A stretch of DNA of 64,000 nt, taken from positions 32,001 to 96,000 of the forward strand of contig JBGAML010000001.1 of assembly GCA_044223005.1 (NCBI GenBank). Reading direction: 5' to 3'. This DNA is from Candidatus Eiseniibacteriota bacterium. Its GTDB lineage: Bacteria; Eisenbacteria; RBG-16-71-46. The notes under the pieces were generated by a model. That model was not told the origin of the DNA and did not search any database. It saw only the letters and a program-made list of their open reading frames with translations. A program made the position numbers and the translations under genes. Of this stretch, positions 28,404 to 37,942 are shown in pieces; position 1 is the first letter of the stretch, and each line of letters begins with the position of its first letter.

Positions 28404-30611
28404 TCAGTGCTCCGGCGTTCCGCGGTGCGGCGCGGGCGCCCCGCGGCCGGCCGTGCCGGCGGGCGGCGCCTCGCCCTTCGCTTCCGCTTCGGCCTTGGCG
28501 GCCTCTTCGGCCTCGACGATCCGCTTCCACTCGATGAAGTGTTCGTGGCGGAGCTGGGCCTCGGAGATGCGGCCGGTCAGCCACGTCCAGTTCATCGGGT
28601 AGACGTCCGGGTTGGCGATGTTCATGTACAGGTGCCAGACGACGATCGCGAGGAACGCGAGCCACGCCTCGTAGTAGTGGATGACCGTGGACAGGTCGAG
28701 GATCCACTTGGGCAACTCGCGCATGGACGAGTTGTTGAACCACAGCAGCCCGCCAGTGACGCTCATCACGACGGTGCCCCAGATGAGCGCCCAGTACTCC
28801 GCCTTCTCGATGTAGCCGAAGCGGTCGAACTGCGCCGGCTGGCGACGGAGCCCGAGCAGGTAGAGCATGTTGTTCACGAGATCGAACGCGTCCTGCACGC
28901 GCGGGAACAGGTCGAACACCAGCTGCCGGCCGCGCTTCGTCGTCATGTAGTAGACGTGGTAGAGCGACACCACGGTCATGATCACCGCGGCGACGCGATG
29001 CACGATGCTGCGCCACGCGTAGGCGCCTTCGAGTCGCGCCATCCACGAGAAGATCCACGACTCGGGGAACTTGAGCGCGAAGCCCGTGTACACGAGCGTG
29101 AAGAAGCTGATCGCGAGGCACGCGTGCTGGATGCGCTCGGCGACCGTCATGCGCTCGAACCAGCGCGTCGCCGTGTGGGCGTGCGGCTCGAGCCGGCCCA
29201 TGTGCACCTGCAGGCTGCCGCGGATCTTGCGCACGTAGTCGAGACCGTTGTGCAGCGCCATGAAGCCGATCGTGCCGAGGATGAGGCCCAGGTAGATGAG
29301 CCGGGCCCAGTAGGGCGCCGGGTTGTTCGGCATCGTCAGCGCGACGTGCACCGGTCCCATGCGGTACTTGGTGCCCGCTCCCGGGTGGCAGCGGCCGCAG
29401 GTCTTGCCGAGGTTTTCCTTCGAGATCATCGAGCGCGGGTCGGTCGACGGCAGCACGTCGTGGTAGCCGTGACAGCTCGCGCAGTTCGCCACCACGGGCG
29501 AGCCGCCGCGGGCGGCGAGGCCGTGGAAGCTGTCGCGATACGTCTCGAGCCGCCCCGCCGGCAGGCCGTAGGTCTCGCGGATCCCGGTCGCTTCGTGACA
29601 GCGCGAGCAGGTCTCGCTGACGTTGCCGGCCGCGACCGGCGAGTTCTCGTCGTGCGGCCCCTTGATCATGTGCTCGCCGTGGCAGTCGGTGCATACCGGC
29701 GACTTGGTGACGCCGCGCGCGAGCGCCGTGCCGTGGATGCCCGTGAGGTAGGCCTGCGCCTCCTTCTTGTGGCAGCGGCCGCACGTCCGCGGGATGTTCG
29801 CGCGGTAGATGCTCGACGTGGGGTCGTTGGCGCGCTTGAGCGTGTGGCTCTCGTGGCAGTCGTTGCACCGCGCCGCGTTCCACTTCTTCGAGCGCCCGTG
29901 CACGCTGCCGCGGAAGAGCTGCACGGCCTCGGGGATCGTGATCTTGCGCTTCGCCATCAGCTTGCGGTTGGCGTGGCAGCGCGCGCAGGTCTCGTCGAGG
30001 TTCTTGCGGCTCGTGGTCGACAGCGAATCACTGTGGGCGCGAAGTTCGTGCGTCTTCCCGTGGCAGTCCTTGCACGTCGAGGCGTCGGTGTCGCCGTTGG
30101 CGAGCGCCACACCGTGCACGCTGGTCCGGTACTGCTGGACCTCCTTCTCGTGGCACCGCGAGCAGGCAGCTCGTTCGGACGACTTCGCCGGTGTCACGTC
30201 GTGGGTGCCGTGGCACGCGATGCAGGCGGGGGTCCCACCGCCGTTCACCTTCACGTGCACGCCGGTCTCGAGCGCCGCCTTCGCCTTCTTGTGGCACGGC
30301 GTGCAGTCGACCTTCGGCAGGTGCGAGGGGTGCCGCGCCGTCGCGCCCTTGTGGCACGCCGTGCAGGCGAGCTTGCCGTGCACCGAGGCGCCGTAGGTGG
30401 CGCCGCTCACGGAGAGGTCGCCCGAACGCCCGACCGACCACGCCAGCGTGCGGTCCTTGTGGCACATCAGGCACTCGTCCTGGGACGCGCGCGCCTCGGG
30501 CGACTGCGCGTTCGCGCGCACCGGCCCCAGGCCGGCGAGCAGAACCGCCGCCGCGAGCGCGGCCGCCGTACGGACGAATCGTCCCCGGAGCCGGGTGCTG
30601 ATGGATCGCAT
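28404..30611 (-). CDS. CbcL-like fusion: 13-heme cytochrome c + FdnI-type cytochrome b
   Basis: Signal peptide, 13 CxxCH, then TM domain with ERIQH, HRVAA, Y.EK.EYWALIWG, IHYYEA.LA...I..WH. Confidence 0.9.
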   Translation of the reverse strand: MRSISTRLRGRFVRTAAALAAAVLLAGLGPVRANAQSPEARASQDECLMCHKDRTLAWSVGRSGDLSVSGATYGASVHGKLACTACHKGATARHPSHLPKVDCTPCHKKAKAALETGVHVKVNGGGTPACIACHGTHDVTPAKSSERAACSRCHEKEVQQYRTSVHGVALANGDTDASTCKDCHGKTHELRAHSDSLSTTSRKNLDETCARCHANRKLMAKRKITIPEAVQLFRGSVHGRSKKWNAARCNDCHESHTLKRANDPTSSIYRANIPRTCGRCHKKEAQAYLTGIHGTALARGVTKSPVCTDCHGEHMIKGPHDENSPVAAGNVSETCSRCHEATGIRETYGLPAGRLETYRDSFHGLAARGGSPVVANCASCHGYHDVLPSTDPRSMISKENLGKTCGRCHPGAGTKYRMGPVHVALTMPNNPAPYWARLIYLGLILGTIGFMALHNGLDYVRKIRGSLQVHMGRLEPHAHTATRWFERMTVAERIQHACLAISFFTLVYTGFALKFPESWIFSWMARLEGAYAWRSIVHRVAAVIMTVVSLYHVYYMTTKRGRQLVFDLFPRVQDAFDLVNNMLYLLGLRRQPAQFDRFGYIEKAEYWALIWGTVVMSVTGGLLWFNNSSMRELPKWILDLSTVIHYYEAWLAFLAIVVWHLYMNIANPDVYPMNWTWLTGRISEAQLRHEHFIEWKRIVEAEEAAKAEAEAKGEAPPAGTAGRGAPAPHRGTPEH

Positions 30612-30935
30612 CCTCTTCCTCCTCGTGACCGCGAACCCTCCGGCTCGGGAAGGAAGCCGCTGCTGGGAGCCGTTCGGACCTGGGTGTCGCCCAAGGCTAT
30701 AACGCAAACCGCGGACCACGCTCGCGCGGCGCCGCCGCGGCCGTATGTCGTGGCGCGACTTGCGCCCCGGCCTCCGCGCCCGGACAGAAACCGGCCCCGT
30801 TCCTGACATGCTGGCACCCCGCCCCCGCATCCCTGACAGTCCACCCGCGGGAGATCGGCCTTTCCCGCCGGGTCCGACCGGGCCGCAGAGCCGCAACTTC
30901 GTGGCCTGCTTGCCGGTCCGGGAATGGGCCCCCGG

Positions 30936-30951
30936 CGGCCTGCCCCTTGCT
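30936..30951 (+). promoter_or_regulatory. Possible sigma-54 -24/-12 promoter
   Basis: CGGCCTGCCCCTTGCT (GG-N10-GC) about 100 bp upstream of the 19-heme gene. Confidence 0.3.
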
Positions 30952-31054
30952 CACCTGACATGTGCCTTGCCCCCTGACGGGGCCCGCTCGCGGCCCCGGA
31001 CCCGCACCTCCATCGCGCGGCCAGCGGGCGATCCACGATCCGGTCGGAGGAATC

Positions 31055-33943
31055 ATGCGGCAGGAGCACGACGCGCGGTCCACCCAGGAACGCGCTCACG
31101 AATCGTCCCGTCCCCAGGCGCGCCCGCGGGCGCTGGCCGTGCTCGCGCTCGGCGTCACGATCGCCGTGCTCGCGTTCGCCGCGTGGGCGGCACCGACCAA
31201 GGCGCCGGCGAAGCCCGACGCGCCGCTGCCGGGCTCGGACGACTGCCTCAACTGCCACAAGTCCGGCGCGCCGAGCGTCGTGCGCAAGTTCAGCGAGGAC
31301 TCGGGCCCCAACTTCGACGGCACCGGGCTGCGCGCGTCGGCGCACGCCGGCGTCAAGTGCGCCGACTGCCACGCCGAGCTCAAGAGCGGCGACTTCCCGC
31401 ACGCGACGCGGCTCAAGAAGGTCGACTGCGGCAGCTGTCACGCGAACGAGAAGCAGCAGCACGACGCGAGCCTCCACGGCCAGGCCGAGCTGCGCGGCGA
31501 GAAGCTCGCGCCCACGTGCAAGTTCTGCCACGGCACGCACAACGTCCTGCACCCGAAGGACCTCGCGGCGCCCACGAACACGTCGAACGTGCCCGTGCTC
31601 TGCGGCCGCTGCCACCACGAGGGCTCGCCGGTCCAGCTGCAGTACCACATCCCGCAGGACTCGATCCTCACCAACTACTCCGAGTCGATCCACGGCGAAG
31701 GCCTGTACAAGAAGGGCCTGCTCAACACCGCCGTGTGCACGAGCTGCCACACCGCGCACTTCCAGCTGCCGCACACCGACCCGCGCTCGAGCATCGCGCG
31801 CCACAACGTCGCGAAGACGTGCGAGCAGTGCCACGTCCGGATCGAGAAGGTGCACGCGAAGATCGTCCGCGGCGAGCTGTGGGAGAAGGCGCCGAACCAG
31901 GTGCCGGCGTGCGTGGACTGCCACCAGCCGCACAAGGCGCGCCGCGTCTTCTACACGCAGGGCATGGCCGATCGCGACTGCATGATGTGCCACGGCAAGA
32001 AGGACCTCACGGGCACGCACCTCGGCCAGAAGGTGTCGATGTTCGTGGACGCGAACGACCTCTCGCATTCGCGGCACGCCAAGGTCGCGTGCTCGCAGTG
32101 CCACCCGGGCGCCACCAGCTCGATGATGCGGCCGTGCACGACCGTGAAGCCCACCGTCGACTGCTCGGTCTGCCACGCCGAGGTCGTGAAGACCTACCAG
32201 GGCAGCGTGCACGGCACGCTGGCCGCGAAGGGCAGCCCGGACGCGCCGCGCTGCGTGGACTGCCACGGCAGCCACGGCATCCGCAGCCACCTCGAGCCCG
32301 ACTCGCGCACGTACGCGCGCAACGTCCCGAACCTCTGCGCCGGCTGCCACCAGACGGGCAAGAAGGCGGCGCTGCGCTACAAGGGCGACCAGCACAACAT
32401 CGTCGAGAACTACGAGGAGTCGATCCACGGCAAGGGGCTCGTGAAGAGCGGACTCGTGGTGACGGCGACGTGCGCGGACTGCCACAGCCCGCACGGCGAG
32501 CTGCCGGCCAAGGACCCGAACTCGACGGTCAACCGCCGGAACATCGCCAGCACCTGTGCCAAGTGCCACCGCGGCATCTACGAGCAGTTCGAAGCCAGCG
32601 TGCACTCGCCGACGTACAAGCCGGGCGAGAAGCGGCAGCTGCCCGTGTGCTCGGACTGCCACACGTCGCACACGATCGGACGCACGGACACCGAGAACTT
32701 CCGCCTGACGATCATGGGCCAGTGCGGCAAGTGCCATAAGGACCTGGCCGAGTCGTACTTCGAGACGTACCACGGCAAGGTCTCGAAGCTCGGGTTCCTG
32801 AAGACGGCCAAGTGCTACGACTGCCACGGCGCGCACGACATCCTCCCGGTCACCGACCCGAAGTCGCACCTGTCGCGGGCCAACATCGTGAAGACGTGCG
32901 GCCAGTGCCACGCGGGGTCGAACCGCCGTTTCGCGGGCTACCTCACGCACGCGACGCACCACGATCCCAAGAAGTACCCGGCGCTGTTCGTGGTGTTCTG
33001 GGGAATGACCGGGCTGCTCGTCGGCACGTTCCTGTTCGCGGGCCTGCACACGCTGGCGTGGCTGCCGCGCTCGCTGCAGTACCGCAAGCAGCTCGCGGAA
33101 TCGCACGCGCTCGAATCGCCGCAGCACGTGCGCCGGTTCCCGACGCTCTACCGCAACCTGCACCTGATGGTGATCTCGAGCTTCCTCGCGCTCGCGCTCA
33201 CGGGCATGACGCTCAAGTTCTCGTACACGCCGTGGGCGTACGTGCTGTCGCGGCTCTTCGGCGGGTTCGAGTCCGCAGGCGTCATCCACCGCATCGGCGC
33301 GCTGGTGACCTTCAGCTACTTCGGGATCCACATCGTGGACCTCTTCCGCCGCCGCGCGGAGAGCAAGAAGAGCTGGTTCGAGTTCATCCTCGGCCCCGAG
33401 GGCATGATGTTCGGCCTCACCGACCTCAAGGAATTCATCGGCTCGGTGAAGTGGTTCCTCGGCAAGGGCCCGCGGCCGCAGTACGGGCGCTGGACGTACT
33501 GGGAGAAGTTCGACTACTTCGCCGTCTTCTGGGGCGTCGCGGTGATCGGCGCGTCGGGCCTGCTGCTCTGGTTCCCGACCTTCTTCACGAAGTTCGTCCC
33601 GGGCTGGGTGCTGAACGTGGCCACGATCATCCACAGCGACGAGGCCCTGCTCGCGGCCGGGTTCATCTTCACCGTGCACTTCTTCAACACGCACTTCCGG
33701 CCCGAGAAGTTCCCGATGGACACCGTGATCTTCACGGGCGGCATCCCGCTCGAGGAGTTCAAGCAGGACCGCCCGCGCGAGTACGAGGAACTGGTGAAGA
33801 GCGGCAAGCTCGAGCAGCGCCTGGTGCCGGCGCCGGATCCGCGCGACCTGCGCGGCTGGAAGATCTTCGGCACGATCGCCGTCTCGCTCGGCATCGCGCT
33901 GATCCTGTTGATCCTCTACTCGGCGATCTTCGGCTACCGCTGA
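31055..33943 (+). CDS. CbcL-like fusion: 19-heme cytochrome c + FdnI-type cytochrome b
   Basis: GGAGG RBS, signal peptide, 19 CxxCH, R.LH, IHR.GA, YWEKFDYFAVFWG, IIHSDEALLA.GFIFTVHFFNTH.RP.KFPMD. Confidence 0.92.
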   Translation: MRQEHDARSTQERAHESSRPQARPRALAVLALGVTIAVLAFAAWAAPTKAPAKPDAPLPGSDDCLNCHKSGAPSVVRKFSEDSGPNFDGTGLRASAHAGVKCADCHAELKSGDFPHATRLKKVDCGSCHANEKQQHDASLHGQAELRGEKLAPTCKFCHGTHNVLHPKDLAAPTNTSNVPVLCGRCHHEGSPVQLQYHIPQDSILTNYSESIHGEGLYKKGLLNTAVCTSCHTAHFQLPHTDPRSSIARHNVAKTCEQCHVRIEKVHAKIVRGELWEKAPNQVPACVDCHQPHKARRVFYTQGMADRDCMMCHGKKDLTGTHLGQKVSMFVDANDLSHSRHAKVACSQCHPGATSSMMRPCTTVKPTVDCSVCHAEVVKTYQGSVHGTLAAKGSPDAPRCVDCHGSHGIRSHLEPDSRTYARNVPNLCAGCHQTGKKAALRYKGDQHNIVENYEESIHGKGLVKSGLVVTATCADCHSPHGELPAKDPNSTVNRRNIASTCAKCHRGIYEQFEASVHSPTYKPGEKRQLPVCSDCHTSHTIGRTDTENFRLTIMGQCGKCHKDLAESYFETYHGKVSKLGFLKTAKCYDCHGAHDILPVTDPKSHLSRANIVKTCGQCHAGSNRRFAGYLTHATHHDPKKYPALFVVFWGMTGLLVGTFLFAGLHTLAWLPRSLQYRKQLAESHALESPQHVRRFPTLYRNLHLMVISSFLALALTGMTLKFSYTPWAYVLSRLFGGFESAGVIHRIGALVTFSYFGIHIVDLFRRRAESKKSWFEFILGPEGMMFGLTDLKEFIGSVKWFLGKGPRPQYGRWTYWEKFDYFAVFWGVAVIGASGLLLWFPTFFTKFVPGWVLNVATIIHSDEALLAAGFIFTVHFFNTHFRPEKFPMDTVIFTGGIPLEEFKQDRPREYEELVKSGKLEQRLVPAPDPRDLRGWKIFGTIAVSLGIALILLILYSAIFGYR

Positions 33944-33981
33944 GCGATCCCGGTTTCCGCGCGCGGCCGCGCGCGTCACGC

Positions 33982-34009
33982 GAAGGGGCCCACGATCGGG
34001 GGCCCCTTC
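33982..34009. terminator. Hairpin terminator
   Basis: GAAGGGGCCC-N8-GGGCCCCTTC between convergent genes. Confidence 0.7.
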
Positions 34010-34034
34010 TGCCATCCGCCTCGCAACCGGGCCG

Positions 34035-36449
34035 CTACTCGACCACGGCGAGCCGTCGCGTCTCGCTTCGCCCCGGCGCGGTGAGCCGCGCGAAGTAGAG
34101 GCCCGGCGCCATCGCGCGTCCCGCATCGTCACGCCCGTCCCAGCGCACCACCTGCTCGCCCGCGGCGAACGCGCCGTCCGCCAGCGTCCGCACGCGACGG
34201 CCCGCCGCGTCGAGCAGCTCGAGCCGCACGCGGCCCGCGGCCGCCAGGCCGAAGCGCAGCACGCTCCCGGCTCGCGCGGGGTTCGGGCTCGGCGCCGCGA
34301 AGAACGCGCGCGCGTCCGCGTCGCCCACCGCCGCGATCGCCGCGGGCAACAGCGTCGCCGGAGCGGATTCGTTCCCGTGCGCATCCACCGCCGTCAGCTT
34401 GTACGTCACCGTTGCCGACGCCGCGTCCACCCAGCCCGTGTCCGGCGGCGAGGCGATCAGCGTCGCCGGCGACGGCACGAACGACGGGCTCGTCCCGCGG
34501 TAGAGCTTGTAGCCCGCGAGGTCCGCCTCGTGGTTCGGGTTCCACGACAGGTGCGTCGCGCCGGCGCGGTACGTGCCCGTCAGCGGCGCTGGCGTCACCG
34601 GCGCGAGGTTGTCCACCGAGTAGCCGCTGTCCGGCTGCGAGTACCAGCGGTCCGCGGCCGCCGACGACGACGAACGCGCCTCGATCATGAATGCCGTGTA
34701 CTTGAGGAACCCGCCGACCGAGTCCTGTGCCGTCGGCACCACCATGCTGTAGCTCGCCAGCTGCGCCGACGGCGTGCTCGCGACGAACTCCCACGCGTAG
34801 TCGGTGACGCCCGAGGCGGGCAGCAGCAGCCTGCCCGAGCGCACCGCCTCGTCGGGCGACACCGTCGTGCCGCGGCGCGCCGCGAGCGCGCGGCCGGCCG
34901 CCGTCGCCAGCGGCACCGAGCGCCACACGCGGTAGTCGAACACGAGGAACGTCGGATCCACGTCCAGCCAGCTCGCGGTCCACGACACCTTCACCGCGCC
35001 GCCCTGGTCCGCGGGCACGTCGCGCACCGAGGTGATGCCCGGCTCCGGAGTGCCGAGCTGCCCCGTGTGGTCCACGCGCTGCGCGTACACGTCCATGGTC
35101 GTCGAGCGCTGGTCCTCCCAGAAGGCGATCGCGCCGCCCTGGCCATCCGAGGCGACGCGGGGGTCCGACTGGACGCCGACCGCCTGGCAGAGCCCCACGC
35201 CGTTCGCCGTCCACTGGGCGACACCCGAGGCGCTGAGCCGCTGGGCGTAGACGTCGCCACCGAGTCCGCTGCGCCAATCCTCCCAGGATGCGATCAACCC
35301 ACCTTGACCGTCTGGCATCGCCTCGCCGACGTACTGTTGCCCCGTCGCCGTGCACACGGCGACGCCGTTGAGCGTCCACAGCGCCGCGCCCGACGCGGCG
35401 ATCCGCTGTGCGTAGAGGTCGGTCTCGGCGACGTTGGTCCGCGTGTCTTCCCACAGGACGATCGCCCCGCCGGCGCCGTCGGTGACGAGCCGCGAGTCGT
35501 ATTGCGAGTTCGTCGCCGTGCAGACCGGCACGCTCCAGAGCAGGCCGCCGGTCGAGGTCACGCGCTGCGCGTAGACGTCCGAGGTCGCGCCGGCGCGCGC
35601 ATCGTCGCAGACGACGATCGCCCCGCCCACGCCGTCGGAGACGACGCCCGTGACGATCTGGGCGTTCGCGGCATTGGAGACGACGATGCCGTTGAGCGTC
35701 CACGCCGCCGTCCCCGCGGCGGTCACCCGCTGGGCGTAGACGTCGACATCGGCGCCGCGGGCATCCTGCCAGGCGACGATCAGGCCCCCGGCACCATCGG
35801 AGGCGAAGCGCGGAACCGTCTGCGCCGAGGCCAACGTGCAAAGTGCGACGCCGTTCGCGGTCCAGAGCGGCGTTCCCGCGGCGCCGATCCGCTGGGCGTA
35901 GATGTCCGAGTTGCCCGCGCGGACGTCCTCCCACGCGACCTCGACGCCGCCCGCCCCGTCGGCGACCGCGCCGCGCATGTACTTGCTGCCGGTCGAGATG
36001 CAGAAGGCGACACCGTTCGCCGTCCACAGCGAGGTACCGCTCGCGTTCACGCGCTGGGCGTAGAGGTTGTACACGCCGGACCGCGAATCCTCCCACAGGA
36101 CGATGAATCCCCCGGCGCCGTCGGACACCATGCGCGGGTTGTACTGGTTGCCCGCGGCATTGCTCACGATCACACCGGTGGCGTTCCAGAGCGGCTTCCC
36201 GCCGGCGTCGAGATGCTGCGCGTAGAGATCGTAGGTACCCGAGCGCGAATCCTCCCACGCCACGAACAGGCCGCCGGCACCGTCGGGAAGCGGAGCGGCG
36301 TTGTACTGGTTTCCGGGCTCCATGCCGAGCAGGAGGTTGGCGCTGTAGGGATCGTGCGGCCACGCGGCGAGCGCGACCGGCGCGCGCAGCGACGCGAGCG
36401 CGAGCGCGGTGGTCAGGAGCAGCAGGAGCGACGAGGTGCGGCGCGGCAT
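34035..36449 (-). CDS. Secreted 8-repeat beta-propeller protein with FN3-like and C-terminal FlgD-Ig domain
   Basis: Signal peptide, eight DG.GG.IV.W.D.R....D.YAQR repeats, DVP.DQGG.V, PSPNP...WDGRDD.G....PG.YFARL. Confidence 0.85.
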   Translation of the reverse strand: MPRRTSSLLLLLTTALALASLRAPVALAAWPHDPYSANLLLGMEPGNQYNAAPLPDGAGGLFVAWEDSRSGTYDLYAQHLDAGGKPLWNATGVIVSNAAGNQYNPRMVSDGAGGFIVLWEDSRSGVYNLYAQRVNASGTSLWTANGVAFCISTGSKYMRGAVADGAGGVEVAWEDVRAGNSDIYAQRIGAAGTPLWTANGVALCTLASAQTVPRFASDGAGGLIVAWQDARGADVDVYAQRVTAAGTAAWTLNGIVVSNAANAQIVTGVVSDGVGGAIVVCDDARAGATSDVYAQRVTSTGGLLWSVPVCTATNSQYDSRLVTDGAGGAIVLWEDTRTNVAETDLYAQRIAASGAALWTLNGVAVCTATGQQYVGEAMPDGQGGLIASWEDWRSGLGGDVYAQRLSASGVAQWTANGVGLCQAVGVQSDPRVASDGQGGAIAFWEDQRSTTMDVYAQRVDHTGQLGTPEPGITSVRDVPADQGGAVKVSWTASWLDVDPTFLVFDYRVWRSVPLATAAGRALAARRGTTVSPDEAVRSGRLLLPASGVTDYAWEFVASTPSAQLASYSMVVPTAQDSVGGFLKYTAFMIEARSSSSAAADRWYSQPDSGYSVDNLAPVTPAPLTGTYRAGATHLSWNPNHEADLAGYKLYRGTSPSFVPSPATLIASPPDTGWVDAASATVTYKLTAVDAHGNESAPATLLPAAIAAVGDADARAFFAAPSPNPARAGSVLRFGLAAAGRVRLELLDAAGRRVRTLADGAFAAGEQVVRWDGRDDAGRAMAPGLYFARLTAPGRSETRRLAVVE

Positions 36450-36625
36450 GGCGGCCTCCGGTTTGGTCGTGACGTCGGCGTCGGGCCCCGTCGGGCCCCG
36501 ATCCGGAACGCGCCGGAACGGGCGCCGGCCCGACATGCCGGGCCACCGGTTTCTGCGATATCGTGTCCGCACACGGTTCCCGCCCCACCGGCCGCCCCCC
36601 GGGCCCGCCCCTCCGGAGGCTTTCC

Positions 36626-36943
36626 ATGCCCGTCCGTGGCCGCCCGATCGTCCTCGCCGTCGCCTCGCTCCTGCTGTTCGCCCATGCCGCGCCGGCCCCG
36701 GCGGACTCCGACCTGGTGCGCATCCGCGCCGCGTGCGCGAGTGCGAAGCGCGTGAAGGTGTCCGCACGCCACCTCGGCAGCGCGTACGACTCGGTGACGT
36801 TCGACGCCGCCGGCGCGCACGCGTGGTTCCCGGTCGTACCCGACTACTCGATCAGCACTGCCTGCTCGACCCGGGACGAGGAGCGGATCATCCCGTGGGC
36901 CGACGTCCGCCGCATCGAGGCCCCCAACCCGAAGGCGCGATGA
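36626..36943 (+). CDS. Small secreted hypothetical protein
   Basis: GGAGG RBS, signal peptide, two Cys, ATGA-coupled to the next gene. Confidence 0.65.
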   Translation: MPVRGRPIVLAVASLLLFAHAAPAPADSDLVRIRAACASAKRVKVSARHLGSAYDSVTFDAAGAHAWFPVVPDYSISTACSTRDEERIIPWADVRRIEAPNPKAR

Positions 36944-37362
36944 GCGAACCCCCGCGCCTGCGGCGCGTGCTCGAGACCGCGCTCTACGTCGACGACATGC
37001 CCCGCGCCGTCGCGTTCTGGCGCGACACCATGGGCCTGCGCGCGCTGGGCGGCGACGACCGGCTGACCCCGCTCGACGCCGGAGAGGGCACCGTGCTGCT
37101 GCTCTTCCGCCGCGGCGCGACGCGCGACGGGATCCGGTTCCCCGGCGGCGCGATCCCGCCGCACGATGGTTCGGGGCCCGCGCACGTCGCGTTCGCGATC
37201 GACGCCGCGGCGTTCGACGGCTGGCTCGCGCAGCTCGCCGCGCACGGCGTCGAAGTGGAGACCGTCAACACGTGGTCGCGCGGCGGGCGGAGCATCTACT
37301 TCCGCGACCCGGACGGGCATTCGGTCGAACTGGCGACGCCGGGGGTCTGGGAGACGTACTGA
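36940..37362 (+). CDS. VOC/glyoxalase family protein
   Basis: VLETALYVDD..RA..F, IPPH.G.GP.HVAF, W.RGGRSIYFRDPDGH.VELATPG.W. Confidence 0.92.
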   Translation: MSEPPRLRRVLETALYVDDMPRAVAFWRDTMGLRALGGDDRLTPLDAGEGTVLLLFRRGATRDGIRFPGGAIPPHDGSGPAHVAFAIDAAAFDGWLAQLAAHGVEVETVNTWSRGGRSIYFRDPDGHSVELATPGVWETY

Positions 37363-37507
37363 GAGGCCGCACGCGCCGCGGAGACTCGCCATGGCGGGCG
37401 GAGGATGCTGTCCTCCCCGGCCATGAGCGGGAATGCATTCCACGACCGCGTCGCGGCGATCGGGCGCGAGCTCGACGAGTCCCATTCCGAGCGCGAATCC
37501 GAGCGCG

Positions 37508-37858
37508 ACGCGGCTGGGGTCGGTACTCGAGGTGATCTACCTCGTCTTCAACGAGGGCCATGCCGCCACCGCCGGCGAGGACTGGATGCGGCCGGCGCTG
37601 TGCGAGGAGGCGATCCGCCTGGGGCGCGTGCTCGCGAACCTCACGCCGAACGAGCCCGAGGTGCACGGCCGGCTCGCGCTCATGGAGCTGCAGGCGTCGC
37701 GAACCGCCGCTCGGACCGATGCCGCGGGCGCGCCCGCACTGCTGCTCGAGCAGGATCGCTCTCGCTGGGACTTCGCGGCGATCCAGCGCGGCCTCGCGGC
37801 GCTCGCACGCGCCGAATCGCTGGCGCAGGCCCGGGCCTGCGGCGGCCCGGCGGCCTGA
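37508..37858 (+). pseudogene. Internal fragment of an ECF sigma factor C-terminal extension (DUF6596-like)
   Basis: RL.SVLEVIYL.FNEG.AAT.G.DW.RP.LCEEA.RLGR, EPEV.G.LALME.QASR, QDRSRWD; sigma-2/sigma-4 regions and the distal end are absent. Confidence 0.75.
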
Positions 37859-37889
37859 GCGCCGGCGCGGAGCGCAGCCGCCGAAACGC

Positions 37890-37922
37890 ACCGCGCCCGG
37901 ACCGAAGCAGTCCGGGCGCGGT
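37890..37922. terminator. Hairpin downstream of the aminotransferase
   Basis: ACCGCGCCCGGAC-N7-GTCCGGGCGCGGT. Confidence 0.6.
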
Positions 37923-37942
37923 CGTATCGACGACGCGCGACG

